Below are positions 19,063-27,348 of a DNA stretch of 64,000 bases, one piece after another. Below the pieces are notes generated by a model. It ran no database searches. It was not told where the DNA came from and saw nothing but the letters and a program-made list of their open reading frames with translations. This stretch comes from Parcubacteria group bacterium (GTDB lineage: Bacteria; Patescibacteriota; Minisyncoccia; JACPHC01). The stretch lies in NCBI GenBank assembly GCA_016188775.1, contig JACPHC010000010.1, positions 31,333 to 95,332 on the forward strand, in the 5' to 3' direction. Made by a program: the position numbers and the translations under genes. Numbering within the stretch: the first letter of the stretch is position 1; every line of letters begins with the position of its first letter.

Positions 19063-19623
19063 ATGTCTTTTGGTCCAGGAGTTGTGCAACGGAAAATTTT
19101 ACTTCTACTTTTAGGCGGGTTATCTCTTAGTTTTTCCAGATCGCCGCGGCAATATTTTAGTATTCTTAAAGAAATAAGAAAAAAGTGGAAAAAAATAAAT
19201 CAGCAATCCTTGCAGCGAGCAATAAGAAGTTTATACAAGAATCGTCTCATCACTGAAAAATATAATCGTGACGGAACAATTACGCTTGCGCTTTCCGATG
19301 CCGGCCGTAAGCGCGCTTTGATTTTTAACCTAAATGAAATGTCAATCAAGAAACCGAAGACGTGGGATAAAAAATGGAGAATTATTTTGTTTGATATCCC
19401 TGAAAATAGAAAAAAAATACGGGAAGCTTTACGTTTTCATCTTCAACGTTTAGGTTTTAGACAATTGCAGAAAAGCGTTTTTGTTTATCCTTATCCTTGC
19501 GATGATGAGGTGGATTTTCTTATTGAATTTTATCAAATTAAATCTTTTGTCAGAAAAATGTTCGCTGTTTCGATTGATAATGAATTGTATTTTAAACAAA
19601 AGTTTTCTCTTTTTAATAGTTAG
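19063..19623 (+). CDS. PaaX-family-like transcriptional regulator, short form (winged HTH plus PaaX middle domain, no C-terminal domain)
   Basis: N-terminal wHTH-like region (…LALSDAGRKRA, compare PaaX YSLSDKG); WDKKWRIILFDIPENRKKIREALRFHLQRLGFRQLQKSVFVY resembles the PaaX WDGKWLLLL…GFG core and is Cas2-fold-like. Confidence 0.5.
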   Translation: MSFGPGVVQRKILLLLLGGLSLSFSRSPRQYFSILKEIRKKWKKINQQSLQRAIRSLYKNRLITEKYNRDGTITLALSDAGRKRALIFNLNEMSIKKPKTWDKKWRIILFDIPENRKKIREALRFHLQRLGFRQLQKSVFVYPYPCDDEVDFLIEFYQIKSFVRKMFAVSIDNELYFKQKFSLFNS

Positions 19624-19781
19624 TTGGCTAATTAGAATAGCAATTTGATTAGTTAATAACTACATTATAGATTTTATTTTTAGCACTTAATCGCGATAGC
19701 AAGTAAGTGCTAAAAATAGTTAATTTAGCTAGTAAAGATAATTAAACTAATACTTGATTTTATTTAATTAAATTTTTAATC

Positions 19782-21206
19782 TTGTCTAATATGTCTAAAT
19801 CTCGGATTTTTTTAATTTGGCTTCTTTGTTTTATTGCCGGAATTTTTTTCGCTTCTTATATCAGTTGGCCGAAATTATTTTTAATATTTTTATCCATTGT
19901 CTCTTCGGCGGTTATTCTGGTTTTTAGAAAAGAAAAAATTATTTTTATTTTTGCGGGCGGAATTTTGATTTTTAGCCTCGGATTTTTAAGAATCGCGGGA
20001 ATCGCGGAGAAAAAATCGACGCTTGATCAATATTTAGATAAAAAAATTATTAGCCGAGGAATAGTAATGGCCGAGCCAAAAACAAAAGGAGAATCAACCA
20101 GTTTTCTTTTGGAAATTAGGGGAGAAAAAATTCAAATCAGAACCCGAAATTATCCGATTATCAATTATGGCGACGAATTAGAAGTTCAGGGCCAGCTTAA
20201 ATCGGTTCAAAATTCCGCTATCCGCTACGCTCTCAATTGGCCCAAAATTGAAATTCAAAAAAAAGATCAAGGGAATTTTTTCAAATCCAGTCTTTTTAAA
20301 TTAAAAGAAAAATTCAGCCAAAATATTTCTCAAAATATGCCCGAACCCGAAGCCTCGCTGCTGGCCGGCTATATTTTCGGCTCCCGAAATCTTCCTTCGG
20401 ATGTCGAGCAAAATTTTAAAACCCTCGGCCTTTCCCATATCGTCGCGGTTTCCGGTTTTAATTTAAGCGTTATCGCGCTTTTTATCAGTCAAATTTTTAC
20501 TTATTTTAATTGGCCTCGTTTTTTGAAATTTTGGAGCGCCGTTTCCATTATTTTTCTTTTTGTTTTAATGATCGGTTTTCCGTCTTCGGCCATGCGGGCC
20601 GCGATTATGGCTATTTTAGTTTTAGTGGCGGAAAAAGAAGGCCGCTTGTACGAATCCGCTCATGCCATAATTTTTGCCGGCGCTCTGATGCTTTTATTGG
20701 ATCCTTTAATTTTGCGTTTTGACCTGGGGTTTTCTTTGTCGTTCTTAGCGACTTTGGGGCTGATTTTTCTCTCGCCGATTTTACCGAAATATCTGCCTCA
20801 ACTCGTTTCCCAGACTTTGGCCGCCCAAATTTTTGTTTTACCGGTTCTGCTTTTAAATTTCGGCGTCGTCTCTCCCTACAGTTTATTGGTTAATTTTTTG
20901 ATTTTGCCCTTGGTGCCTCTGGCCATGCTTTTAGGATTTTTAGCCGGCCTGACTGGTTTTATTTTTCAAATTTTGGCCGAAATTATCAGTTGGCTGGCTT
21001 GGCCGATTTTATTTTATCAAATTAAAATCGCTCAATTTTTTTCTTTTTTCCCTTACGCCAAGATTAATTTCGGAAAAATCAGTTTGATTTTCGCCTTTAT
21101 TTATTACGCGGCGATTGGATTTATTATTTTTAAAAATAGAAATAAAGTACCCACTTCCACTTGCGGCGCTGATGTTTTGTTGGGGCATAATAAGCAGGTA
21201 TCCTAA
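19782..21206 (+). CDS. comEC: ComEC/Rec2 DNA-uptake channel, membrane part (DUF4131 + competence domain)
   Basis: Polytopic membrane protein; competence-domain motif LSHIVAVSGFNLSVIALF; the stop codon lies inside a family A repeat. Confidence 0.75.
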   Translation: MSNMSKSRIFLIWLLCFIAGIFFASYISWPKLFLIFLSIVSSAVILVFRKEKIIFIFAGGILIFSLGFLRIAGIAEKKSTLDQYLDKKIISRGIVMAEPKTKGESTSFLLEIRGEKIQIRTRNYPIINYGDELEVQGQLKSVQNSAIRYALNWPKIEIQKKDQGNFFKSSLFKLKEKFSQNISQNMPEPEASLLAGYIFGSRNLPSDVEQNFKTLGLSHIVAVSGFNLSVIALFISQIFTYFNWPRFLKFWSAVSIIFLFVLMIGFPSSAMRAAIMAILVLVAEKEGRLYESAHAIIFAGALMLLLDPLILRFDLGFSLSFLATLGLIFLSPILPKYLPQLVSQTLAAQIFVLPVLLLNFGVVSPYSLLVNFLILPLVPLAMLLGFLAGLTGFIFQILAEIISWLAWPILFYQIKIAQFFSFFPYAKINFGKISLIFAFIYYAAIGFIIFKNRNKVPTSTCGADVLLGHNKQVS

Positions 21207-21280
21207 AAAATTTTTGAGGTCGAGGCTCTTTAATGAAATTATATAATCCGCCGAGGGGACCTAAAAATTTTTAGGATACC
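21197..21280. repeat. family A hairpin element copy 2 (A2 subtype)
   Basis: gtatcctaaaaaattttt-GAGGTCGAGGCTCTTTAATGAAATTATATAATCCGCCGAGGGGACC-taaaaatttttaggatac; arms differ from A1 copies but remain mutually complementary. Confidence 0.8.
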
Positions 21281-21362
21281 TACGAAATTAGAAAAGATAA
21301 AGGCGATTTAAAAAATCTATTTCCGAAGCCTTGCTATAAAGTATTCGGCGAATACGTAAAAA

Positions 21363-22259
21363 ATGCTTAAGAAAATTATTAAAAATAAAAAAGGTTTAAT
21401 TTTCGGCTTTTTCGGGTTTTTAATTTTAGCCAATTTTTTAATCTGGACTTCGGTTTTCAGTAAAGCCGAGAGCCGATTTTTGCGCGTTTATTTTTTTGAC
21501 GTCGGCCAGGGAGACGCGATTTTTATTGAAACTCCGGGAAACAATCAAATTCTCATTGATGGCGGGCCGACCGATAGAATTATGGAAAAATTAGGCCGAA
21601 CTATGCCATTTTACGACCATTCAATAGATTTGATTATTTTGACTCATCCGCACGCGGATCACGTCAGCGGCCTGATTAATGTTTTAAAAAATTATGAAGT
21701 CAAAATGATTTTAATGAGCGATGTCAGCTATAACACGGCCGAATATCAGGAATTTTTAAGGCTGGTTAAAGAGAAAAATATTCCGGTTATTTTTGCCGAA
21801 CCGATGCGTTGGCGCTTGTCCAGCGGCGTTATTTTAGATATCTTAAACCCAGCGCAAGATTTGCAAGGAATTAGTTTAAAAAATGTTCATGACGGGGCGG
21901 TGGTCGGTCAATTAAAATACGGCCGAAATATTTTTCTTTTGACTTCGGATATTGAAGAAAATATAGAAAAACAACTTGTTCTGGCTTATGGCGATTCCTT
22001 GAATTCCGATATTTTAAAAGTCGGACATCACGGATCGAAAACTTCATCCTCTCCGGAATTTTTGAAAACAGTTTCTCCAAAAATTTCAGTAATTTCGACT
22101 GGCCGGAAAAACCGTTACGGCCATCCGCATCAAATAACGCTTGATCGTTTGCGAGAAATTGGCAGCCAAATTTTTCGCGCTGATCTGGACGGAGATATTG
22201 AGATTAAAAGCAACGGTGATATAATGGAAATAGATCTGTCGCGTAATAATTTTCGGTAG
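21363..22259 (+). CDS. ComEC-type metallo-beta-lactamase domain protein (separate ORF)
   Basis: N-terminal TM helix; FFDVGQGDAIFIETP…LTHPHADHVSGL…VGHHGSKTSSS: MBL-fold motifs typical of the ComEC C-terminal domain. Confidence 0.75.
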   Translation: MLKKIIKNKKGLIFGFFGFLILANFLIWTSVFSKAESRFLRVYFFDVGQGDAIFIETPGNNQILIDGGPTDRIMEKLGRTMPFYDHSIDLIILTHPHADHVSGLINVLKNYEVKMILMSDVSYNTAEYQEFLRLVKEKNIPVIFAEPMRWRLSSGVILDILNPAQDLQGISLKNVHDGAVVGQLKYGRNIFLLTSDIEENIEKQLVLAYGDSLNSDILKVGHHGSKTSSSPEFLKTVSPKISVISTGRKNRYGHPHQITLDRLREIGSQIFRADLDGDIEIKSNGDIMEIDLSRNNFR

Positions 22260-22307
22260 AAAGGTTATTACGCGACAGATCTAAGAATTAAATGAAATAG
22301 AAATAAA

Positions 22308-22775
22308 ATGAAAGAACGAACCTTGATTATAATTAAACCCGACGCTCTCCAAAGAAATCTTTTGGGCGAGATTATTTCCCGTTTTGAGAAAAAAGGGTTA
22401 AAAATTATCGGTTTTAAAATGATGGAATTGGGCGACGTTCTTTTGGAAGAACATTACGCTCATCATAAAGATAAAAGTTTTTTTGCCGGTTTGAAACGTT
22501 TTATGAAAAGTTCGCCGGTGATTTTGACGGTTCTTGAGGGCCCGAATATCATCAAAAGCGTTAGATTGATAGTCGGTCCGACTCGGGGATACGAGGCTGA
22601 CGCCGGAAGCATTCGGGGAGATTTTTCAATGAGCGCCCAATACAATATCGTTCACGCTTCGGATTCCCTAGAAAACGCCGAAATAGAAATCAGAAGATTT
22701 TTTGCCCCGGGAGAGCTTTTCGATTATCCCAAAGTTGATTTTGAATGGATTTATTCGGAGGAAGAGATTAAATAA
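22308..22775 (+). CDS. ndk: nucleoside diphosphate kinase
   Basis: ERTLIIIKPDALQRNLLGEIISRFE; NIVHASDS active-site His region. Confidence 0.85.
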   Translation: MKERTLIIIKPDALQRNLLGEIISRFEKKGLKIIGFKMMELGDVLLEEHYAHHKDKSFFAGLKRFMKSSPVILTVLEGPNIIKSVRLIVGPTRGYEADAGSIRGDFSMSAQYNIVHASDSLENAEIEIRRFFAPGELFDYPKVDFEWIYSEEEIK

Positions 22776-22782
22776 TGTCGGA

Positions 22783-23523
22783 TCAGGGTTTAATAAGAGT
22801 ATAGAGTTCGTCGTAGAGTCGGTAAAAATCTGGAGAGCGTTTGTTTCTGGGCCGAGGAAGCGAATTTTCAATGATTTTTTCAATGCGTCCGGGCAGAGGA
22901 GTCAGAACCGCGATACGGTCGGCCAACTCCAAGGCCTCTTCAATATTGTGACTGACCATGACGATGGTCATTTTTCTTTCATTCCATATCTTCAGCAGAT
23001 CCTGCCGCAATTCTTCGGCAGTAAAGGAATCCAATTCGGAAAAAGGCTCATCCATAAAAATAATCTTGGGATTGGTGCAAAGCGCGCGAGCCAGACCGAC
23101 GCGTTGCCTCATTCCTCCGGAAAGTTCTCGGGGAAAAGCTTGAGAAAATTTTTCCAGCTTGAAAAGTTTAAGTTCTTCGCTGACTCGTTTATTCCGGTCG
23201 GCCGAAGAAAGATTTCGACTCATCAGTCCCAGTCCTATATTTTCTCGCACGGTCAGCCAGGGAAGAAGCGCGAATTGCTGGAACACAAAGCTGAAATCAG
23301 ATTTGGCGATTTCGCCGGATAGGCTAAGATTTCCTTCATAGGATTTTTCCAGTCCGCTCATAACGCGCAGAAGCGTTGATTTGCCGGCGCCCGAAGGTCC
23401 GAGAAAAATAAAAAATTCCCCGAGCCGGATTTCCAGGGATATGTTTTTTAGCGCGACGAGAGTTTCCCCGGGTTTTTCTTGAAAGGATTTGGAAATATTT
23501 TTTAATTCAAGAGCGGTATTCAT
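22783..23523 (-). CDS. ABC transporter ATP-binding protein (SsuB/TauB-like)
   Basis: Walker A GPSGAGKST; ABC signature LSGGMRQRVGLARAL; Walker B IIFMDEPFS. Confidence 0.85.
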   Translation of the reverse strand: MNTALELKNISKSFQEKPGETLVALKNISLEIRLGEFFIFLGPSGAGKSTLLRVMSGLEKSYEGNLSLSGEIAKSDFSFVFQQFALLPWLTVRENIGLGLMSRNLSSADRNKRVSEELKLFKLEKFSQAFPRELSGGMRQRVGLARALCTNPKIIFMDEPFSELDSFTAEELRQDLLKIWNERKMTIVMVSHNIEEALELADRIAVLTPLPGRIEKIIENSLPRPRNKRSPDFYRLYDELYTLIKP

Positions 23524-23526
23524 ATT

Positions 23527-24255
23527 TTATTCTTCCATTTTGTGATGGCTCCATTCCAACAGCGGAAGCCAGATTAATTTATTAACGCTGAAAATAAAAA
23601 TAAGGAATCCGAAAATTCCCAGAGCGGTAATAGGGATGTTGCGCGAAAAAGTTTCAAAAAAGCCGCCGAGGCCCGATTTTACGCCGGTAATAATTTCCGT
23701 CGCGACCAGCGCTTCCCATCCTTCGCCGAGCCCGATAATGGAGCCAGTGATAAGGCCGGGCATCGTTATCGGCAGAAGGAAAATTTTTAAATAATTGAAA
23801 CCCGAAAGGCCTGCTATTTCCGCTACCTCTTGCCAGTCGCGCTTAATCAGTTTTAATGAGCTGATGATTGAGAAAAAAATCGGCCAAATGACGGTAATAA
23901 TAAGGAAAAAAATAACCACGAAATTAGAATGTCCCCACAGAAAAACCGCCATTGGCAAAGCGGCGAAAGTGGGGAAACTCTGGAGCACGTCAAAAATTGG
24001 CAAAGCGATGACGGCTCTTTTCCCGTGATAAAATAAAACCGCGGAGAGCCAACCAATTATCGCGGCCAGGCCATAGGCCGCGGCCAGCCGTCCGGCCGAG
24101 ATGAAAAGATCGCTAAATAATTTTCCGGTCGTTATATGCGCCAATCGAGAAAACACGAGAAGAAACAAAAACGGCACAACGATAAAAAGTAAAGTAACGA
24201 GGATATGCGTTCTTGATTGGTAGATTTTAGCCCGTTTTGTTCGGCGAGAAATCAT
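23527..24255 (-). CDS. ABC transporter permease
   Basis: Six predicted TM helices; binding-protein-dependent transport permease-like; translationally coupled to the ATPase. Confidence 0.7.
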   Translation of the reverse strand: MISRRTKRAKIYQSRTHILVTLLFIVVPFLFLLVFSRLAHITTGKLFSDLFISAGRLAAAYGLAAIIGWLSAVLFYHGKRAVIALPIFDVLQSFPTFAALPMAVFLWGHSNFVVIFFLIITVIWPIFFSIISSLKLIKRDWQEVAEIAGLSGFNYLKIFLLPITMPGLITGSIIGLGEGWEALVATEIITGVKSGLGGFFETFSRNIPITALGIFGFLIFIFSVNKLIWLPLLEWSHHKMEE

Positions 24256-24297
24256 ACGGATATAATATAATTTTTTACCAGAAATAGCGAATGCCTC

Positions 24298-24326
24298 TTG
24301 CTTATCTTCCGGAGATTTTTTATACT
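24298..24326 (+). promoter_or_regulatory. sigma70-like promoter TTGCTT-17-TATACT
   Basis: -35 TTGCTT (24298-24303), 17-nt spacer, -10 TATACT (24321-24326); reading of the sequence only. Confidence 0.4.
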
Positions 24327-24471
24327 GATGCCAGCTTCACTCTAAGGAAGGTTTTAGGACATTCGAATCTCCAGGGAGGCCTATATCTTGTTGTTCCAGT
24401 TCTTTGGAACAGAACAACTTTGCGGCCACCCACTTGGATTTTTGCTAAAACCTCTTGAGAGTTAAGCGTAT

Positions 24472-24503
24472 AAAAAAGTCCCGATTGCATCGGGGCTTTT
24501 TGC
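24472..24503 (+). terminator. rho-independent terminator-like hairpin 40 bp upstream of the Clp ATPase gene
   Basis: aaaaaGTCCCGATtgcATCGGGGCttttt. Confidence 0.6.
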
Positions 24504-24544
24504 TGTTTTATATTTTTTAAAATTTTGTTAAAATAATCACACTT

Positions 24545-26992
24545 ATGTATCAATACCTTTTTTGGCATTACACCGGCGGCATCAAAGGATTTATTGAAAT
24601 TTGGGGCAATTTCATCGAGTTTTTTTGGAATTATTTTTCCATTAAATTGCTTTCCAAAACGCTTTTCGCTCATTGGCATCGGGATATTTCCAAAAGAGGC
24701 CGAGCTTTTCGTTTTGGAGATTTTTTCCAAACCTTGGCTTTTAACGTTCTTAGCCGAATTATCGGCGCCGTTGTTAGATTAGTTGTTATTTTTGTCGGCC
24801 TGTTTTTTGTCATTTTAGCGATGATACTCGGTTTTCTTTTTTTCATAGTCTGGCTGTTTTTACCCGTTTTTATCATCGGCTGTTTGATTCTGGCTTTTGT
24901 TTTATTAAAAAATAATAATGTTTTCGGCAGTTTATCGTTTTTTGTTTTCGCCGCCTTCGCCGCTTTTTTACCCTGGCGTTTTTATTTAATCGCCTCGGAA
25001 AAAACTCCTTCGGAGCTGACCGAAGAAGAAATTTTGAAATCTTCGTTATTTAATTTGATTTTGCAAAGAGCCGGTATTGATCCGAAAATCGTTGGAAAAA
25101 TAAACGCGGGGAATATTAAGGCGGTTTTGGAAGAACATAATATTGCCGAAGAAGATTTTAACGAGATTATAAGTTGGGTTTTTCGAGAATATTATAAAAA
25201 AAGAGAAGCGAGCCGATTTTGGACCAAAGAAAATTTGGCGCGTCGTCGCGGCCTTGGCAAAAATTGGGCTTACGGATACACGATTAATCTTGATAAATTT
25301 TCCAAAGACTTAGGCGAGTTCGGGGCGGGAAAATTGAAGACAGAGCTTATTGGCCGGGACGAAGACATAGAAATAATCGAGAGAATTCTTTCCCGGGCCG
25401 AGGAAAACAATATTTTGATGATTGGCGAGCCGGGCGCGGGAAGAAAAATGGTTATCCAGGGATTGGCTAATTTAGTTTATGAGGGTATGGTTTTGCCGCC
25501 GCTCAAACACAAAAGAATTTTGGAAATAAATCTTGAAGCGTTAATAGCCAGCGCCGGAGCCGACGGGAATCTCGAGAGTCAATTGGCGCTGGTATTCAAC
25601 GAAGCCGTTGGAGCCGGCAATATTATTTTAGTTATCAATGATTTTCATAATTTCGTGGGCGCGGCTTCCGGAGTCGGCAAAATGGATATTTCCAGTTTTT
25701 TGACGCCGTATCTTTCTTCAAAAAATATTCAGATTATCGGCATTACCGATTATAAAGGGCTTCACCGTAACATGGAGGCTAACCCCGGACTTTTGATGTA
25801 TTTTGAAAAAGTTGAAATCAAAGAACCGGATGAAAAAACTTCAATGCTTATTTTGGAAGATATAGTCGGCCGTTTTGAAAAAAGGAGCAATGTTTTGGTA
25901 ACTTATCCGGCCTTGAAAGAAATAGTCAAACAATCCGCTCGTTATTTAAGCGCCGTTCCTATGCCTGAGCGAGCCATTGATTTGTTGGATGAGTCTATGG
26001 TTTATGCCGCGACCAAAACGGACGACCGGTTTTTAAAAATTGAACATATAGATAAAATTCTTTCAGAGAAAACAAAAATACCAATCGGCGAAGTCGGCAA
26101 AAGCGAAAAAGAAAAATTATCTCAATTGGAAAAAATTTTGCATCAAAGAGTGATTGATCAAGAAGAGGCGATTGTGGCTATTTCTCGGGCGATGAGAAGA
26201 TCGCGTTTGGGCGTTGGGGAGACGAAAAAACCCATTGGGACTTTTCTTTTTCTCGGGCCGACCGGCGTTGGCAAGACCGAGACCGCCAAAGCCTTGAGCG
26301 AAGCTTATTTCGGTTCCGAAGAACGAATGGTCCGTTTTGATATGTCCGAATATCAAAATACCGCTGACATCGCTCGATTAATCGGCTCTCCGGAGGGCGA
26401 ACCCGGAGTTTTAACGACCCGAATCAAGGAAAATCCTTTTTCATTGGTTTTGCTCGATGAACTTGAAAAAGCGCACCCGAATATTTTAAATCTTTTTCTT
26501 CAAGTTTTGGATGAAGGATTTTTAACCGACGCTTGGGGCCGAAAGGTGAATTTTCGGAATACTATCATTATCGCCACTTCCAACGCCGGAGCGGAGTTTA
26601 TCAGGGAAATGATTGAGAAAAATATTAACCCGGTCAAAGAAAAAGAAAAATTAATGGACTTTTTGCAGATGAATTCTCTTTTTAAGCCGGAATTTTTGAA
26701 CCGTTTTGACGAGATTGTTATTTTTCACGCTCTATCAAAAGAAAATCTTGTCAAAATCGCGATTCTGCTTTTGCGAAATTTAGCCAAAAGATTGGCGGAA
26801 CAAAAAATTACTTTATCAATAACTCCGGCCTTGGCCGAACGGGTCGCCGAATTGGGCTATAGTCCGGAATACGGCGCCCGGCCAATGAAGCGAGTGATTC
26901 AGGATAGAGTGGAAGATTTGATTTCAAGAAAATTATTGGACGGATCGCTCAAAAAGGGCGACACTTTGGAAATAAAACCGGAGGAAATTTGA
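24545..26992 (+). CDS. Clp/Hsp100-family double-ring AAA+ ATPase with N-terminal transmembrane domain in place of the Clp_N domain
   Basis: N-terminal ~170 aa with several hydrophobic helices; D1 (IGRDEDIEIIERILSR…GEPGAGRK); D2 (GPTGVGKTETAKALS…SNAG); no IGF/IGL ClpP-docking tripeptide seen. Confidence 0.75.
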   Translation: MYQYLFWHYTGGIKGFIEIWGNFIEFFWNYFSIKLLSKTLFAHWHRDISKRGRAFRFGDFFQTLAFNVLSRIIGAVVRLVVIFVGLFFVILAMILGFLFFIVWLFLPVFIIGCLILAFVLLKNNNVFGSLSFFVFAAFAAFLPWRFYLIASEKTPSELTEEEILKSSLFNLILQRAGIDPKIVGKINAGNIKAVLEEHNIAEEDFNEIISWVFREYYKKREASRFWTKENLARRRGLGKNWAYGYTINLDKFSKDLGEFGAGKLKTELIGRDEDIEIIERILSRAEENNILMIGEPGAGRKMVIQGLANLVYEGMVLPPLKHKRILEINLEALIASAGADGNLESQLALVFNEAVGAGNIILVINDFHNFVGAASGVGKMDISSFLTPYLSSKNIQIIGITDYKGLHRNMEANPGLLMYFEKVEIKEPDEKTSMLILEDIVGRFEKRSNVLVTYPALKEIVKQSARYLSAVPMPERAIDLLDESMVYAATKTDDRFLKIEHIDKILSEKTKIPIGEVGKSEKEKLSQLEKILHQRVIDQEEAIVAISRAMRRSRLGVGETKKPIGTFLFLGPTGVGKTETAKALSEAYFGSEERMVRFDMSEYQNTADIARLIGSPEGEPGVLTTRIKENPFSLVLLDELEKAHPNILNLFLQVLDEGFLTDAWGRKVNFRNTIIIATSNAGAEFIREMIEKNINPVKEKEKLMDFLQMNSLFKPEFLNRFDEIVIFHALSKENLVKIAILLLRNLAKRLAEQKITLSITPALAERVAELGYSPEYGARPMKRVIQDRVEDLISRKLLDGSLKKGDTLEIKPEEI

Positions 26993-27348
26993 TGGTCGCG
27001 ATTACTGAACGAAGCTCGAACCTTTTTCGAGCGAAAATCGCTCGAATGATTTGAAACCCCACCCCAGCGTTTCCGCCCGCCGAAACTCGGCGAGCAAAGC
27101 AAAACAATTTTCTTTTCAATTCTTTAATTTTTCGCGCGACCTTTTTTCTTTTAAAAGGAATTGAAAATTGTTTTGCTTTGATGTCTTGATACCAAGACGG
27201 CGGAAACTCTTCCCACCCCATTGCGCTTACGGCGCAGAACAGGCGGGCAAAAATTCCTTCCCCCCAACCCCCTTCCTTTTTGCCCGCCCGCTGGAAACTC
27301 CCAGCGGATTTTTCGGGCGGCGGGCCCTCAAATTGAGTGGTGGGTGGA

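Noticed and set aside
22702-23341. Plus-strand ORFs (22702..23322, 22958..23143, 23159..23341) overlapping the ABC ATPase gene
   Set aside because: They are antisense to a canonical ABC ATPase with Walker A, Walker B and signature motifs.
24282-24505. SRP RNA, 6S RNA, tmRNA or RNase P identity for the small promoter-terminator transcript (also considered for 8841-9016 and 27000-27345)
   Set aside because: I could not find the conserved SRP domain IV motif, the tmRNA tRNA-like ends, or the RNase P P4 sequences by eye; these remain unclassified candidates, not calls.
24320-24730. 136-aa minus-strand ORF spanning the promoter/terminator region and the start of the Clp ATPase gene
   Set aside because: It overlaps the Clp CDS and the intrinsic terminator; no recognisable domain; treated as spurious.
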